Part shown: piece by piece, positions 29,236 to 39,380 of the stretch | Layout of the letters: each line of letters starts with the position of its first letter | Position numbering within the stretch: the stretch's first letter is position 1 | Assembly (NCBI GenBank): GCA_033762295.1 | Contig: JANRLW010000062.1 | Coordinates: 1 to 64,000 of the forward strand | Direction of reading: 5' to 3' | Source: Capsulimonadales bacterium | GTDB lineage: Bacteria > Armatimonadota > Armatimonadia > Armatimonadales > Armatimonadaceae | Length of the DNA stretch: 64,000 nt | Program-made: the position numbers and the translations under genes | Notes under the pieces: model-generated | What the model was told of the DNA's origin: nothing | What the model saw: only the letters and a program-made list of their open reading frames with translations | The model's database searches: none

Positions 29236-30321
29236 TCACCAGGCAGACTGCCCGAACCAGCGTGGCGTCTGCCGTTCCGCCCGAACCGCCGCTCTAGCCG
29301 CGACAAATTTCCGATTCCGGGCGGGCGTCCTTCCCTCCAGTGAGATACGCTGCCCCGGCAGGATCTCCCCGAACCGGACCGCCGCGCCGGTTTCCTCCTC
29401 GCGGACGACCGTCCCCGGCGCGACCCGAACATAGGTCCGGCCGGGCCGGGTCGCGGCGAACGTCCCTTTTCGATCGGTCGTCGCCAGAAGATTCAGAATC
29501 AGAACGCCCCGCCCCGGATCGACGCCGACCACGATGCCGTCGTACCGCAGCCAGCCGACGGGAGGACGCTCGTCGGTAACGGAGACATCGGGAAGCGCAC
29601 GGGTCCGTCGGGCGGCACGCCGCAGCGAGGCCGTCGGGTTGGTGACCATTCCGTCCGGCCCCCAGAGTTCGAAATGCGTATGCGACGGAGTCGATTCCGC
29701 GTTCCCGCTGTTGCCGACCCAGCCGATGAACTGACCGGCGCGAACCTGCTGTCCGGAGACCAATCCCGGAGCGAACGCGTACCCCGCGCCGCCGCGCCCG
29801 TCGTTCGTTCCCGGAGTGTCGTTATTAACATGCATGTATTTGGCGGTGTACCCGTTGTCGCCGTCCAGACGCAGGATATGATGGGGCGCGGAACCATCCG
29901 CACGTCCCCCGTAGGAGTAATGGTGGATCGTCCCGTCGAATACGGCGACAAGCGGGGTCATCTTCGGCGCGAACAGGTCCTGACCGAGATGACGGTGGCC
30001 GTCGCGCTGCGCGCCGAACTGATCGGAAAACCCGTACCCTCGCCCCAGGATCGGGAAGACCATCGGTACCGTCGCCGTGGAGTTCGGCGCGCCGTAGGCG
30101 TTCCTGCCCGCCGGAGCGTCGAACGTCCGGGGGTCGATATCATTGACCGAACGGAAGTTGTTGACGCCGGAAGCGTCCGGGAAACCCGAAAAACCGGGGG
30201 TCCGGCGGCCGGCGGCGAGCCGTCGTGCCGATCCGCCATACTCCGCGCCGCAGGAAATCGTCGAAAAAGCCAGCAGCAACACGCCACCGGTGAGAAGGGA
30301 GGGGAATCGTGGAGGTGTCAC
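29236..30321 (-). CDS. M23-family metallopeptidase, exported (possible lipoprotein)
   Basis: HLGQD, YMH, GWVGNSGNA and HTHFE. Confidence 0.88.
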   Translation of the reverse strand: MTPPRFPSLLTGGVLLLAFSTISCGAEYGGSARRLAAGRRTPGFSGFPDASGVNNFRSVNDIDPRTFDAPAGRNAYGAPNSTATVPMVFPILGRGYGFSDQFGAQRDGHRHLGQDLFAPKMTPLVAVFDGTIHHYSYGGRADGSAPHHILRLDGDNGYTAKYMHVNNDTPGTNDGRGGAGYAFAPGLVSGQQVRAGQFIGWVGNSGNAESTPSHTHFELWGPDGMVTNPTASLRRAARRTRALPDVSVTDERPPVGWLRYDGIVVGVDPGRGVLILNLLATTDRKGTFAATRPGRTYVRVAPGTVVREEETGAAVRFGEILPGQRISLEGRTPARNRKFVAARAAVRAERQTPRWFGQSAW

Positions 30322-30427
30322 ACCAACCCCTACGTTCGAAAAAGCCGTTCCGGTTTCCGGACCGGGCGATTCTGCGGGAACGCCACCGGGGCCGGGTCCG
30401 CTTCTCCGAAGGGGTCGTCACGTATCC

Positions 30428-31282
30428 CTAGGTATCCGGTGTATCCCGGTCCGAAGGGTCCGCATACTGCCGTCGATACTCTCTCGGACTCACCCCCAGA
30501 TGCTTGCGGAAACGGAGGGTGAAGTAGAACGGACTCTCGAAGCCGACCTCCCCGGCGATGGCCGCCACCGGACGCGTCGTCAGGGTCAATAACTGCCGCG
30601 CCCGTTCCATCCGTTCCCGTTCCAGAAACTGACCCGGCGTCTCCCCGATCTGCTCGCGAAAGAGATGGGCCAGACGGGACGCCGAGAGGCCGACCGACCG
30701 CGCCACCCCCGGCAGATTCACCGGTTCGGCAAGGTGCGCCCGGAGATACTGCCGTGCCTGCTCGACACGCGGGTCGCGCGTCGCCCGACTCTGACGGGGG
30801 TTCACCCGGTCACAATGCAGCAACGCCTCCTCCAGCGCGTTCATGGCGAACGCCTCGCGGCGTGTCAGGCCGCCGGAGGCGCGACGGTGCATCTCCCAGC
30901 AGAGATGGGTGACGACGTCGCGTGTCTCCCCCGAAAGCGCCATCCATCCGATCCCGTCGACACCCGGAGCGATTTCGGGCCAGAGCAGCCACTCGGCCCA
31001 GTGAGGATAGGGCAGAAAATGCGCCCAGAGCAGTTCCCAGCCGGCGGTACCCCGTGCGGTCCCGTAGTCGTGACGCGTTCCCGGCGAAAGGATCGCGATC
31101 TCGCCGACCCGAACGATCCGTTCGCCGCCCGCATACCCGATACGCCCCTCCCCGCCCAGCGTCAGCATCAAAAGCCAGTCCCCCGTCCCGGAGGAACGCC
31201 AGGTATGGTAGTTCGGTCGTTCCCGGAAATAGCCCGTAACGATGGGCGCGACGGTCGGCGCTGCGGCTTCCTGAATACGCAT
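30428..31282 (-). CDS. AraC-family regulator (AraC-binding domain plus HTH)
   Basis: LMLTLGGEG, HDYG, LSASRLAHLFR and GFESPFYF. Confidence 0.92.
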   Translation of the reverse strand: MRIQEAAAPTVAPIVTGYFRERPNYHTWRSSGTGDWLLMLTLGGEGRIGYAGGERIVRVGEIAILSPGTRHDYGTARGTAGWELLWAHFLPYPHWAEWLLWPEIAPGVDGIGWMALSGETRDVVTHLCWEMHRRASGGLTRREAFAMNALEEALLHCDRVNPRQSRATRDPRVEQARQYLRAHLAEPVNLPGVARSVGLSASRLAHLFREQIGETPGQFLERERMERARQLLTLTTRPVAAIAGEVGFESPFYFTLRFRKHLGVSPREYRRQYADPSDRDTPDT

Positions 31283-31401
31283 TTTGTGCCAATCAGCAGA
31301 ATATTATAGGTGAGTAGCCGGTTTTGCCATGTTCCGACGACGATAATCGCCGTATCGTTATGTTACCATCCATCTGGCCTTATGAACGGAGTTACGACGC
31401 C

Positions 31402-32238
31402 ATGACCACGATGCCCATCACGCCGGAAGATCCGGTCGCCCGGTTCGAACAGGACGGGTACGCTGTCGTCCGGGGACTGTTCGCTCCGGAAGAGGTGGCC
31501 GAACTGCGCGACACCTTTACCGATCTGAATGCGAACGGTCCGATTGAGGGACTCTCGGAGATCCTTCGGGGGAAGGACGGCTACACGGACAGCGATCCTC
31601 TCTCCTTCTATCCGCGCATGATGCATCCGCATCGTCACCTCGACAAACCGGTCGGCCCGCTCGCCCTGCGACGGATGCTCGATGCCCGGTTGTACCCCCT
31701 GCTCAAAGCGTTTATGCAGGATGAACCCGCCGCCGTCCAGAGCATGTTCTATTTCAAACCGGCGGGCGCGCGGGGACAGGACCTGCACCAGGACAACTTC
31801 TATCTGCGCGTCAAACCGGGCACCTGCTGTGCGATGTGGCTGGCGGTCGACGATGCGGACGAGGAGAACGGCGGTATGGTCGTCGTTCCCGGAACCCACG
31901 ACATGGAGGTGGTCTGCCCGGAACCGGCCGACAAAACCGAGTTCTTCACCGACCACCATGTCGACGTCCCGGAGGGCAAGGAAGCGGTGCCGGTTCGTCT
32001 GAAAGCCGGCGACGTTCTCTTCTTCAACGGCAGCGTCATCCACGGTTCCTATGCCAACCGGAGCAAGGATCGGTTCCGTCGCGCCTTTATCTGCCATTAC
32101 GTTCCCGCCTCCTCGGCGGAACTGTCGCACTGGTATGTCGAACCGCAACTGTTCGACGGCACGACCATCGAGATTCCGGAGGCGACCGGGGGCGGTCCCT
32201 GCGGAAGGGCGGAGGCCGGCATCCGCAGTCCTCACTGA
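31402..32238 (+). CDS. Phytanoyl-CoA dioxygenase (PhyH)-family Fe(II)/2OG oxygenase
   Basis: FEQDGY, HQD, ENGGMVVVPGTH and HGS..N.S..FRR. Confidence 0.88.
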   Translation: MTTMPITPEDPVARFEQDGYAVVRGLFAPEEVAELRDTFTDLNANGPIEGLSEILRGKDGYTDSDPLSFYPRMMHPHRHLDKPVGPLALRRMLDARLYPLLKAFMQDEPAAVQSMFYFKPAGARGQDLHQDNFYLRVKPGTCCAMWLAVDDADEENGGMVVVPGTHDMEVVCPEPADKTEFFTDHHVDVPEGKEAVPVRLKAGDVLFFNGSVIHGSYANRSKDRFRRAFICHYVPASSAELSHWYVEPQLFDGTTIEIPEATGGGPCGRAEAGIRSPH

Positions 32239-32322
32239 CCCGGTTTTCTCCGGTATTGGCGGTCGACACCTGGCGAAAATCGAAAACCCTCCGGTTGGGG
32301 TACTATCACCGGGGGGTTTTCC

Positions 32323-33324
32323 ATGAACTATCGCGCACTGGGACGAACCGGCGTCCGGGTCAGTCCGCTTTGTCTGGGTTGCATGAACTTCGGAGACGAT
32401 ACGAGCGAGGACGACTCGATCCGGATCATGCACCGCGCCATCGATGAAGGCATCAACTTCTTCGATACCGCCGATGTCTACGGTCGAGGGCGTTCCGAGG
32501 AGATTGTCGGGAGAGCGCTGTCCGAGGACGGACGGCGCGACCGCGTCTTTCTGGCCACCAAGGTCTACAACCGGATGGACGACCACGACCCGAACGCCTG
32601 GGGAAGCCATCGCTACCACATCGTCAAGGCATGTGAGGACTCGCTACGCCGGTTGAAAACCGACCATATCGACCTCTATCAGATGCATCGCCCCCAGCCG
32701 TCGATCCCGATCGACGAAACGCTGCGCGCTCTGGACGATCTGGTCCGCCAGGGCAAGGTCCGTTACCTGGGGACGTCCACCTTCGCCGCCTGGCAGGTCG
32801 TCGAATCCCTCTGGGCGAGCAAGGAGCTGGGCCTGAACCGCTTCATCTGCGAACAGCCGCCGTATAACCTGCTGGACCGGCGGATCGAACGCGAACTCCT
32901 GCCGATGTGCCGAACCTACGGTATCGCCACCATTCCCTGGGCCCCGATTGCGGGCGGACTGCTCAGTGGCAAGTACCGCCCGGGTCAACCGCCTCCGGAA
33001 GGCGCACGGTACGCCACCCGGACCGCGCCGTTCCGCCGGGACAACGAGACGGCGCTGGCGGCGGTCGGGGAGTACCTGACGTTTTGCGAACGGCGGGGAG
33101 TCTCGCCGACCCGGTTCGCCGTCGCCTGGTGTCTGAACCAGCCGGGGGTGACGTCCCCGATCATCGGACCACGCACCATGGAACAGTACGAGGACTATCT
33201 TCGATCGCTCGAGATCGCCGTGACCGTGGAGGATCGCCAGGCGATCGATACGCTCTTCCCGCCCGGCACGCATGTCTCGGAATACTATCGCGCCGAGTTC
33301 GGCCCGAACGAGCGGTGGATCTGA
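32323..33324 (+). CDS. Aldo/keto reductase
   Basis: GINFFDTADVY, SLRRLKTDHIDLYQMH and GKVRYLG. Confidence 0.92.
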   Translation: MNYRALGRTGVRVSPLCLGCMNFGDDTSEDDSIRIMHRAIDEGINFFDTADVYGRGRSEEIVGRALSEDGRRDRVFLATKVYNRMDDHDPNAWGSHRYHIVKACEDSLRRLKTDHIDLYQMHRPQPSIPIDETLRALDDLVRQGKVRYLGTSTFAAWQVVESLWASKELGLNRFICEQPPYNLLDRRIERELLPMCRTYGIATIPWAPIAGGLLSGKYRPGQPPPEGARYATRTAPFRRDNETALAAVGEYLTFCERRGVSPTRFAVAWCLNQPGVTSPIIGPRTMEQYEDYLRSLEIAVTVEDRQAIDTLFPPGTHVSEYYRAEFGPNERWI

Positions 33325-33457
33325 GCCGTGAGCCTGAGCGGTTTCGATCGGGTCGCCGAACCGTCCCGGCCCGGAACTTCAGGGGATCGCACGGCGTATG
33401 ATATTCTGGTGAAAACATCAAATCCCATTGGCAAAAACGGAGAAAGCGGGGGCAATC

Positions 33458-34213
33458 ATGCGAACGGCTAACCCAACTCTCAACGAAGAAACTCTGAATA
33501 ATTTTGCCCGAAACGGCTACTTCGACCGCGCCGCCGGTCGAATGACGATCGAGGGCACCGTCAACAAGACGGCCATTCTGTTGCTGCTGGCGGTCGCTGC
33601 GGCGGCCTACACCTGGAACCTGGTCCTGACCGGCGGCGCGGCATTGGCGATGCCGATCGCCTTCGGCGGAGCGATCGGCGCGTTGATCCTCGCGGTGGTG
33701 ACCTCGTTCAAACCGGACGCCGCGCGGTTCACCGCACCGCTGTACGCCGTTCTGGAAGGGCTCTTCCTCGGCGCGTTCTCGGCGATCATCAATGCGCGGT
33801 TTCCCGGCATCGTGCCCCAGGCCGTGGCCCTGACCTTCGGTGTCCTGGCCGTGATGCTCGTCGCTTACCGGGCCGGGGTGATCCGGGCATCCGGCAAGTT
33901 CGTCATGGGCATCGTCGCCGCCACCGGAGCGATCGCGGTCTTCTACCTCGTGCTAATGATCGGCAACCTGTTCAACCCGATGTTCAGTTCGTTCATGTGG
34001 CAGCCGTCGCCGCTCTCGATCGGTATCAGCCTGGTCGTGACGGTGGTCGCCGCTCTGAACCTGGTGCTGGACTTCGACCTGATTGAGGACGGGGTTCGTC
34101 GGGGCGCGCCGAAGTGGATGGAGTGGTACGGCGGCTATGGTCTGATGGTAACGCTGGTATGGCTTTACATCGAAATCCTTCGCCTTCTGTCGCTGCTTTC
34201 GCGGCGCGACTGA
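33458..34213 (+). CDS. Bax inhibitor-1/YccA-like membrane protein
   Basis: MTIEGTVNKT, LVLDFDLIE and GAPKWMEWY..GLMVTLVWLYIEILRLL. Confidence 0.88.
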   Translation: MRTANPTLNEETLNNFARNGYFDRAAGRMTIEGTVNKTAILLLLAVAAAAYTWNLVLTGGAALAMPIAFGGAIGALILAVVTSFKPDAARFTAPLYAVLEGLFLGAFSAIINARFPGIVPQAVALTFGVLAVMLVAYRAGVIRASGKFVMGIVAATGAIAVFYLVLMIGNLFNPMFSSFMWQPSPLSIGISLVVTVVAALNLVLDFDLIEDGVRRGAPKWMEWYGGYGLMVTLVWLYIEILRLLSLLSRRD

Positions 34214-34278
34214 CCGACGTTCGGTCTGTCCGAGACTACCGGTTTTGTCAGGAAGGGCGGTGCCAACCGCCCTTTCAT

Positions 34279-34308
34279 TTGCCAAATAGCGGAAAGACAG
34301 CGTATCAT
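34279..34308 (+). promoter_or_regulatory. Sigma70 promoter for a leaderless transcript
   Basis: TTGCCA-N18-TATCAT, 5 nt before ATG 34314. Confidence 0.55.
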
Positions 34309-34313
34309 TAGGT

Positions 34314-34733
34314 ATGTTGCCACCGGATGACCGCCAGGAATCGGAACCCGATCCCGACAACGCCGGGAATGCCCTGACCCCGTCGGAAAAAGCCGCGCTC
34401 GAAGCGTTGTTCTCCGAGCCGTTTCCCCAGAAGCCCTATGCTCTCGTTCCGGCAAACGGATCCTCCACACCCGAATACACCGATTATCTGATCCACAAGG
34501 ATATCGGCACCGAAAATCAATGCATCTTCCTTTTTGACTCGATCGTCGATGCTCTGGGCGTCGCCGAGGAGTACAAGGAGGCCACAGGGAGGGACGCCGA
34601 ACCGGTCGAATGCGACGTCTACTCTCTTGAGGAACGTTTCTGGGTGAAGTACTATCGGGCGAACGGCGTCGTCGTAATGATGCCCGTCACCGACTACCGG
34701 ACCCATATCGGAGTCCGCTACAGCTATGAATAA
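34314..34733 (+). CDS. Hypothetical acidic protein
   Basis: Fills the intergenic space, host-like codon usage, upstream promoter. Confidence 0.7.
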   Translation: MLPPDDRQESEPDPDNAGNALTPSEKAALEALFSEPFPQKPYALVPANGSSTPEYTDYLIHKDIGTENQCIFLFDSIVDALGVAEEYKEATGRDAEPVECDVYSLEERFWVKYYRANGVVVMMPVTDYRTHIGVRYSYE

Positions 34734-34745
34734 CCTGCCGATCCG

Positions 34746-35675
34746 TCAACCGGTCTCGGGAAGAAATGTCGGATGGACGATGCCGCGCGGTTCCTGCCAG
34801 ACGCCCCGCACCTGAGCGAAGTGCAACTCGCAGTTTTTCGCTCCCCAGGCATAGCACTGCCGAACAAGATGCGCCGCCTGCATCGGCACCAGAAACACCG
34901 GAGAACGTCCGCGCTGTCGATCCAGTTCCGCATAGAGCAACGTCGCCGACACCGCCTCCGTCGCTGAGACGCCCGGTCCGATCATGTTACTGGCCGGATG
35001 CGTCACCGACGCCAGGAAGCCGCGAAGGCTCCCCATCTCCTCATAAACCGATAACGACCAGATCCCCTGCCGGTTCTCCAGGAAATGGCGGTAATCCTTC
35101 TCCCGCTCGATCCCGACCAGTTCGTACTCGAGGGCGGCGATTGCCGGCAGGTCCGCCGGAGTCGCCGCCCGCACCTGCGCAAGCCCCGGAGGCGCGGTCT
35201 GTGTCATTCCCCCCTCGGGAACCGCCAGAAACATATCCTGAAACGCGGTCCGTGGGACGAATCCGCATCGGGTGTACAGGGAGAAGGAGTCCAGATTCAT
35301 CGCGCTCGATACCAGACGTAACGGCTTCTCGGACTCCAATGAGAGGCGAACCACCACATCCAGCAACCGACGCGCCACGCCACGCCCGAAGTGGTTCGGA
35401 TGGACGTTCACAATTCCCAGCGAGAGATGCGTCGAACGCGGATGGTAGAAACAGGAGCCGATGATCCGTCCGGTTCGCGGTTCGACCGCCAGAAGGCAAC
35501 AGCCGGGGTCCAGCATTTCATACGTTTCACAGAAGATACGGCAATTCTGCGGGTCGCCCGTAAATATCGGCGGCTTCCCACTCGAAACGTACCAGTAATT
35601 GGTGGACAGGTAGATCAGTTCGGCGACTTCCGGCAGGTCGTCCGCGGTCATCGCTCTTAACTCCGGCACCCTCAT
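34746..35675 (-). CDS. GNAT N-acetyltransferase (tandem-GNAT-like)
   Basis: VHPNHFGRGVARRLL and SLYTRCGF. Confidence 0.85.
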   Translation of the reverse strand: MRVPELRAMTADDLPEVAELIYLSTNYWYVSSGKPPIFTGDPQNCRIFCETYEMLDPGCCLLAVEPRTGRIIGSCFYHPRSTHLSLGIVNVHPNHFGRGVARRLLDVVVRLSLESEKPLRLVSSAMNLDSFSLYTRCGFVPRTAFQDMFLAVPEGGMTQTAPPGLAQVRAATPADLPAIAALEYELVGIEREKDYRHFLENRQGIWSLSVYEEMGSLRGFLASVTHPASNMIGPGVSATEAVSATLLYAELDRQRGRSPVFLVPMQAAHLVRQCYAWGAKNCELHFAQVRGVWQEPRGIVHPTFLPETG

Positions 35676-35735
35676 CGGCAGTCCTCTCGCCCGCATTCCT
35701 CCCACGTGGTTTCGGGGAACACGATACAATACCTT

Positions 35736-35969
35736 ATGCACAACGCGCCGCCGGTCCTGCCTCCGACCCGCCAATGGATCAAAGATATCCTGTCGGCGGT
35801 CGCTTTCCTTGCGCTGGCCTTTGCGCTGGGGAAAGCGGCATGGCGAACTCTGGGTCCGTTTGGCGGCGTCTTTTTTCTGGCCGTCTCCCTGGGTTTGAGC
35901 TGGCTTTTCGCCCGTGCGGCATGGCGCGGTCTGTTGACCGGTCGTTCGGAACGCGGCCCGCGCCGCTAA
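35736..35969 (+). CDS. Small two-TM membrane protein
   Basis: Two hydrophobic helices; TACAAT 5 nt before ATG. Confidence 0.6.
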   Translation: MHNAPPVLPPTRQWIKDILSAVAFLALAFALGKAAWRTLGPFGGVFFLAVSLGLSWLFARAAWRGLLTGRSERGPRR

Positions 35970-35974
35970 CCCCT

Positions 35975-37522
35975 TCAGGGAACGCTGATGTTGATGGCGG
36001 CCCGGCTTGGCTTCTCGCCCGGAAGTCGCTGCAGGACTTCCAGCGTGACGGTATCGCCCGGTTTCGTCTTCGCTATCACCTGATCCAGTCCGGCGCTGGT
36101 ACTGATCGGCGTGCCGTTGATTCCGACAATGACGCTGCCGGTGATCAAGCCTTCCTGTTGCGCCAACCCGCCCGGTGTCACGGACCTTACCAGCAGTCCC
36201 TTGATACCGGCCGGCAGTCGTCGTTGGGTGACCATCTCCGTCGTCAGGGGAGCCGCTTCGAAGCCCAGTTCCACCAGTTGGCGCGCGGGATCGTTCTCCA
36301 CGGCGGTCCGGGGCGTCGTATCCTCCCGTCGCTCCCCGAGAATCGCGGTGATCTTTTCCTCCTGACCGCGTCGCAAAACGGACAGTAGCACCCGGGTTCC
36401 GGGCGCGGTCATCGCAATCGCTTCCCGAAGGTCGTTCTCGCTGGTAATGGGACGGGTGTTAAACGCGGTGATGACATCCTCCACCCGCAACCCTGCTTTA
36501 TACGCCGGTCCGTCCTCCGGAATCTCCTTGATATACGCGCCGTTGTTGGTTCCGAGACGCCGTCGAAGTCCGGGCGGAACGTCGTCCGGAACGACTCCGA
36601 GCGATCCGCGTACCACTTTTCCCTGGGCGATCAACTGATCCGCCACCATTTTGGCGGTGTTGGCCGGAATCGCGTAACCGATCCCCAGACTGGTGCCGGT
36701 CGGTGAGTAGATGGCGACATTGATACCGATCAGTTCCCCGTGGATGTTCAGCAGCGGACCGCCGGAGTTGCCGGGATTGATCGAGGCATCGGTCTGAATC
36801 AGGTTGGGATACAGGCGCGTATCCCCGCTGTCGCCGATCATTCGCTTTCGGTGGAGCGCGGAGACGATACCCGTCGTCACCGTGTTCTGCTGTCCGAACG
36901 GCGAACCGATCGCTACCGCCCATTGCCCCACACGCACCTTGCCGGAATCGCCGATCCGGATGAACGGCAACGGTTTTTCCGGCTGAATCCGCACCACCGC
37001 CAGGTCCGACGTAAAATCACGTAGCACCTTGCCCTTGTAAACGGTTCCGTCGGCCAGGGTAACCGTGACGGTCCGGTTGCGAGCGCTTTCGGTAATGTGG
37101 TCGTTGGTCAAAATGTAACCATCCGGGCGGATAATCACGCCGGAACCGGTCGCGGTCGCGGACCGTGGGGAACGGCGAAAGGGATTGGCATTGGGACCGA
37201 ACAGATCGTCGAGGGGATCGCTGTCATTGTCCGGCGTGGACGGTGAAGGTTTCACCCGTGGCCTGGCCTCCGGGTTCGAACGACGCGGTTCGGGAAGTGT
37301 TTCCGAGGCGGAGATCGATACGGTCGCCGGCCCGACGGTTTCGGCGACGTGCATGAACGCTCCTTCCAGCGACGTCGCAACGTTCAACTGGCTCGTGGTC
37401 AGCGCGGACGTCTCCTGCGCGACGACGGAACGACTGCCCAGCGGCAACAGGAGAGCGCCGGAGGCGAAGCCAACCACTCCCACGGAGACGATGCCCCATC
37501 TCAAACGACCGTTGTTCGGCAT
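35975..37522 (-). CDS. htrA: DegP/HtrA serine protease with two PDZ domains
   Basis: TNDH, SDLAV and QTDASINPGNSGG; two PDZ domains; signal peptide. Confidence 0.92.
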   Translation of the reverse strand: MPNNGRLRWGIVSVGVVGFASGALLLPLGSRSVVAQETSALTTSQLNVATSLEGAFMHVAETVGPATVSISASETLPEPRRSNPEARPRVKPSPSTPDNDSDPLDDLFGPNANPFRRSPRSATATGSGVIIRPDGYILTNDHITESARNRTVTVTLADGTVYKGKVLRDFTSDLAVVRIQPEKPLPFIRIGDSGKVRVGQWAVAIGSPFGQQNTVTTGIVSALHRKRMIGDSGDTRLYPNLIQTDASINPGNSGGPLLNIHGELIGINVAIYSPTGTSLGIGYAIPANTAKMVADQLIAQGKVVRGSLGVVPDDVPPGLRRRLGTNNGAYIKEIPEDGPAYKAGLRVEDVITAFNTRPITSENDLREAIAMTAPGTRVLLSVLRRGQEEKITAILGERREDTTPRTAVENDPARQLVELGFEAAPLTTEMVTQRRLPAGIKGLLVRSVTPGGLAQQEGLITGSVIVGINGTPISTSAGLDQVIAKTKPGDTVTLEVLQRLPGEKPSRAAINISVP

Positions 37523-37615
37523 TTCCTACTCCTCCCGAAACCCGGGCGTCGGGCGATGGACGCGGACGCCGGAATCACTACCCTTATGTACACTTTATGA
37601 ACGAAATTGTAGCCG

Positions 37616-37644
37616 AAAAAACAAAAAGCAGGGCGAAGCCTGCT
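37616..37644 (-). terminator. Intrinsic terminator between anti-sigma and htrA
   Basis: AGCAGG/CCTGCT stem followed on the minus strand by TTTTGTTTTTT. Confidence 0.55.
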
Positions 37645-37722
37645 CCGTTCCCTGCCATCGACCCGGTATCCGTCGGGAGGTCAGGGGGACGACGATCCGG
37701 GTCGCCGCCCCCGCCTCTCACC

Positions 37723-38520
37723 CTATCGCCACATCACATCCACTGTGCTTCGCTCCGATGGCATCATACCGGGGATGCCGTACGCCACCGGGGAGATCCC
37801 GTCGCGGCCCGACGCGTTCCCGGATCGCGGCGACGCGGTCCGGTACAGCGGCATGGCGATGTCGGCAGGCATCCCCTCCATCCGAAGGTCCGCCGTGCCG
37901 TCGGACCCGGAGTTGCGATCGACCGCCGAGCGTTCCGCCAGCCGACCGAAATTCGTGGGGAAAAGCGACGAACGGACGCTTTCGGCCGTCAGGGAAACGC
38001 GTCGGCGGGCCGCCCGGACGATCCTCCCATCCGCCGTCAACGCCAGAATCGTGACCGAGGCGGGCATTGTCGCCATCGTAACGGGCATTGACGTTACGGG
38101 CGGCACGGTAGACACCAGCACCGGCGTCATGCTGACCGGAGTCATGGTACCGACGACCGGTTCGTAGCCGACCGGCAGACCGCTCCGGCGCCAGTCTCGC
38201 GGCCCATCGAGCGAGGTCGTCGCCAGCCACAGTCCGGCCAGCGACAAAACCGCCGTCGCCAGCATCGGGTGTCGGCTCCGCCCGTTCGAGCGTTGTTCCC
38301 GAACTTCCGCCTCCGCATCGGCCAGAAGACGGGCGATCTCGTCGCGCGGAACACGATTTGCCAGCGAAGCCACCGCGTGCTTCGTTCGTAACAACGTTTC
38401 ATGCTCCAGGCGACAGGAGGAACAGAAAGTGAGATGCTCCCGCACCGCCCTCATGTCACCCTCCGGCAGTTCCGCGTCGATAAACGCGGAAAGAAGAGAG
38501 TTTACCTTTCGGCAGTTCAC
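37723..38520 (-). CDS. zf-HC2 anti-sigma factor
   Basis: CRKV..LLSAFIDAEL...HLTFCSSC, single TM; directly downstream of an ECF sigma. Confidence 0.85.
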   Translation of the reverse strand: MNCRKVNSLLSAFIDAELPEGDMRAVREHLTFCSSCRLEHETLLRTKHAVASLANRVPRDEIARLLADAEAEVREQRSNGRSRHPMLATAVLSLAGLWLATTSLDGPRDWRRSGLPVGYEPVVGTMTPVSMTPVLVSTVPPVTSMPVTMATMPASVTILALTADGRIVRAARRRVSLTAESVRSSLFPTNFGRLAERSAVDRNSGSDGTADLRMEGMPADIAMPLYRTASPRSGNASGRDGISPVAYGIPGMMPSERSTVDVMWR

Positions 38521-38572
38521 GTCGTACCCCTCAATTCACCGGATCGCTCCGGCGACTCAAAACATTTCAAGG

Positions 38573-39163
38573 CTACTTGATCCCGAAACCGGCCAGTTTC
38601 GATCGCAACAGCTTCCGTCCTCGATGCAGACGAGACCGTACCGTTCCCAGAGAACAGTTCATGGCCGCACTGATCTCCTCGTAGGACATTCCTTCGATAT
38701 CGGCCAGGATGACCGTCGTTCGGAAGTCGGCCGGCAGTTGCGCCAGCGCCTTCTGAATCTGCTCATCCAGCTCCTCATGCAGGACGACACGCTCCGGATT
38801 TTCTCGCGTATCCGGAATCTCAAAGAACGCGTTGCCCTCTCCCGACGAATCCGTACTTACCGGCGCATCCAGAGAATGAATCCGGGCCTTCGGTTTTCGG
38901 CGCAGATCATCCACGAACAGATTGGAGATAATCCGGTAAAGCCAGTTCTCGAACGGGAGGTCACGGCGATAGTTGTCGAAGAACCGAAACGCTCGGACAA
39001 ACGCTTCCTGGGTCAGGTCCTCTGCGTCGGCGTGATTGCCCGTCAAGCGATAGGCAATGTTGTACGCCTGCTTATGGTATTTCCGGACCAGATTGTCGAA
39101 CTCCCGTTTCGGCCTCGTTGCCATCCGCCCGACGATCATTCCCAGGCTATTCGCATCGGTCAT
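38573..39163 (-). CDS. ECF sigma factor (RpoE/SigE-like)
   Basis: DAEDLTQEAF, WLYRI and SYEEIS...GTVRSRLHRGR. Confidence 0.93.
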   Translation of the reverse strand: MTDANSLGMIVGRMATRPKREFDNLVRKYHKQAYNIAYRLTGNHADAEDLTQEAFVRAFRFFDNYRRDLPFENWLYRIISNLFVDDLRRKPKARIHSLDAPVSTDSSGEGNAFFEIPDTRENPERVVLHEELDEQIQKALAQLPADFRTTVILADIEGMSYEEISAAMNCSLGTVRSRLHRGRKLLRSKLAGFGIK

Positions 39164-39380
39164 TTAAAAAATCCGCCTCCCTACGTCACTTTACGAAAGA
39201 CAGGCCGTCCGTCGTTCCCATGGCGACGAATCCCTTCGTCACATTTTTCCGGGTCACTTCGGCCGATCCCCTTTTTCTGATCCACCATCCGCTGTTACTA
39301 TTACAGACACAATTTTCAGCAGAAAAGTTCACCGTATCTCTGATTATCGTCCCATCGTCGCCGGTTCCCTATTGGAATTC

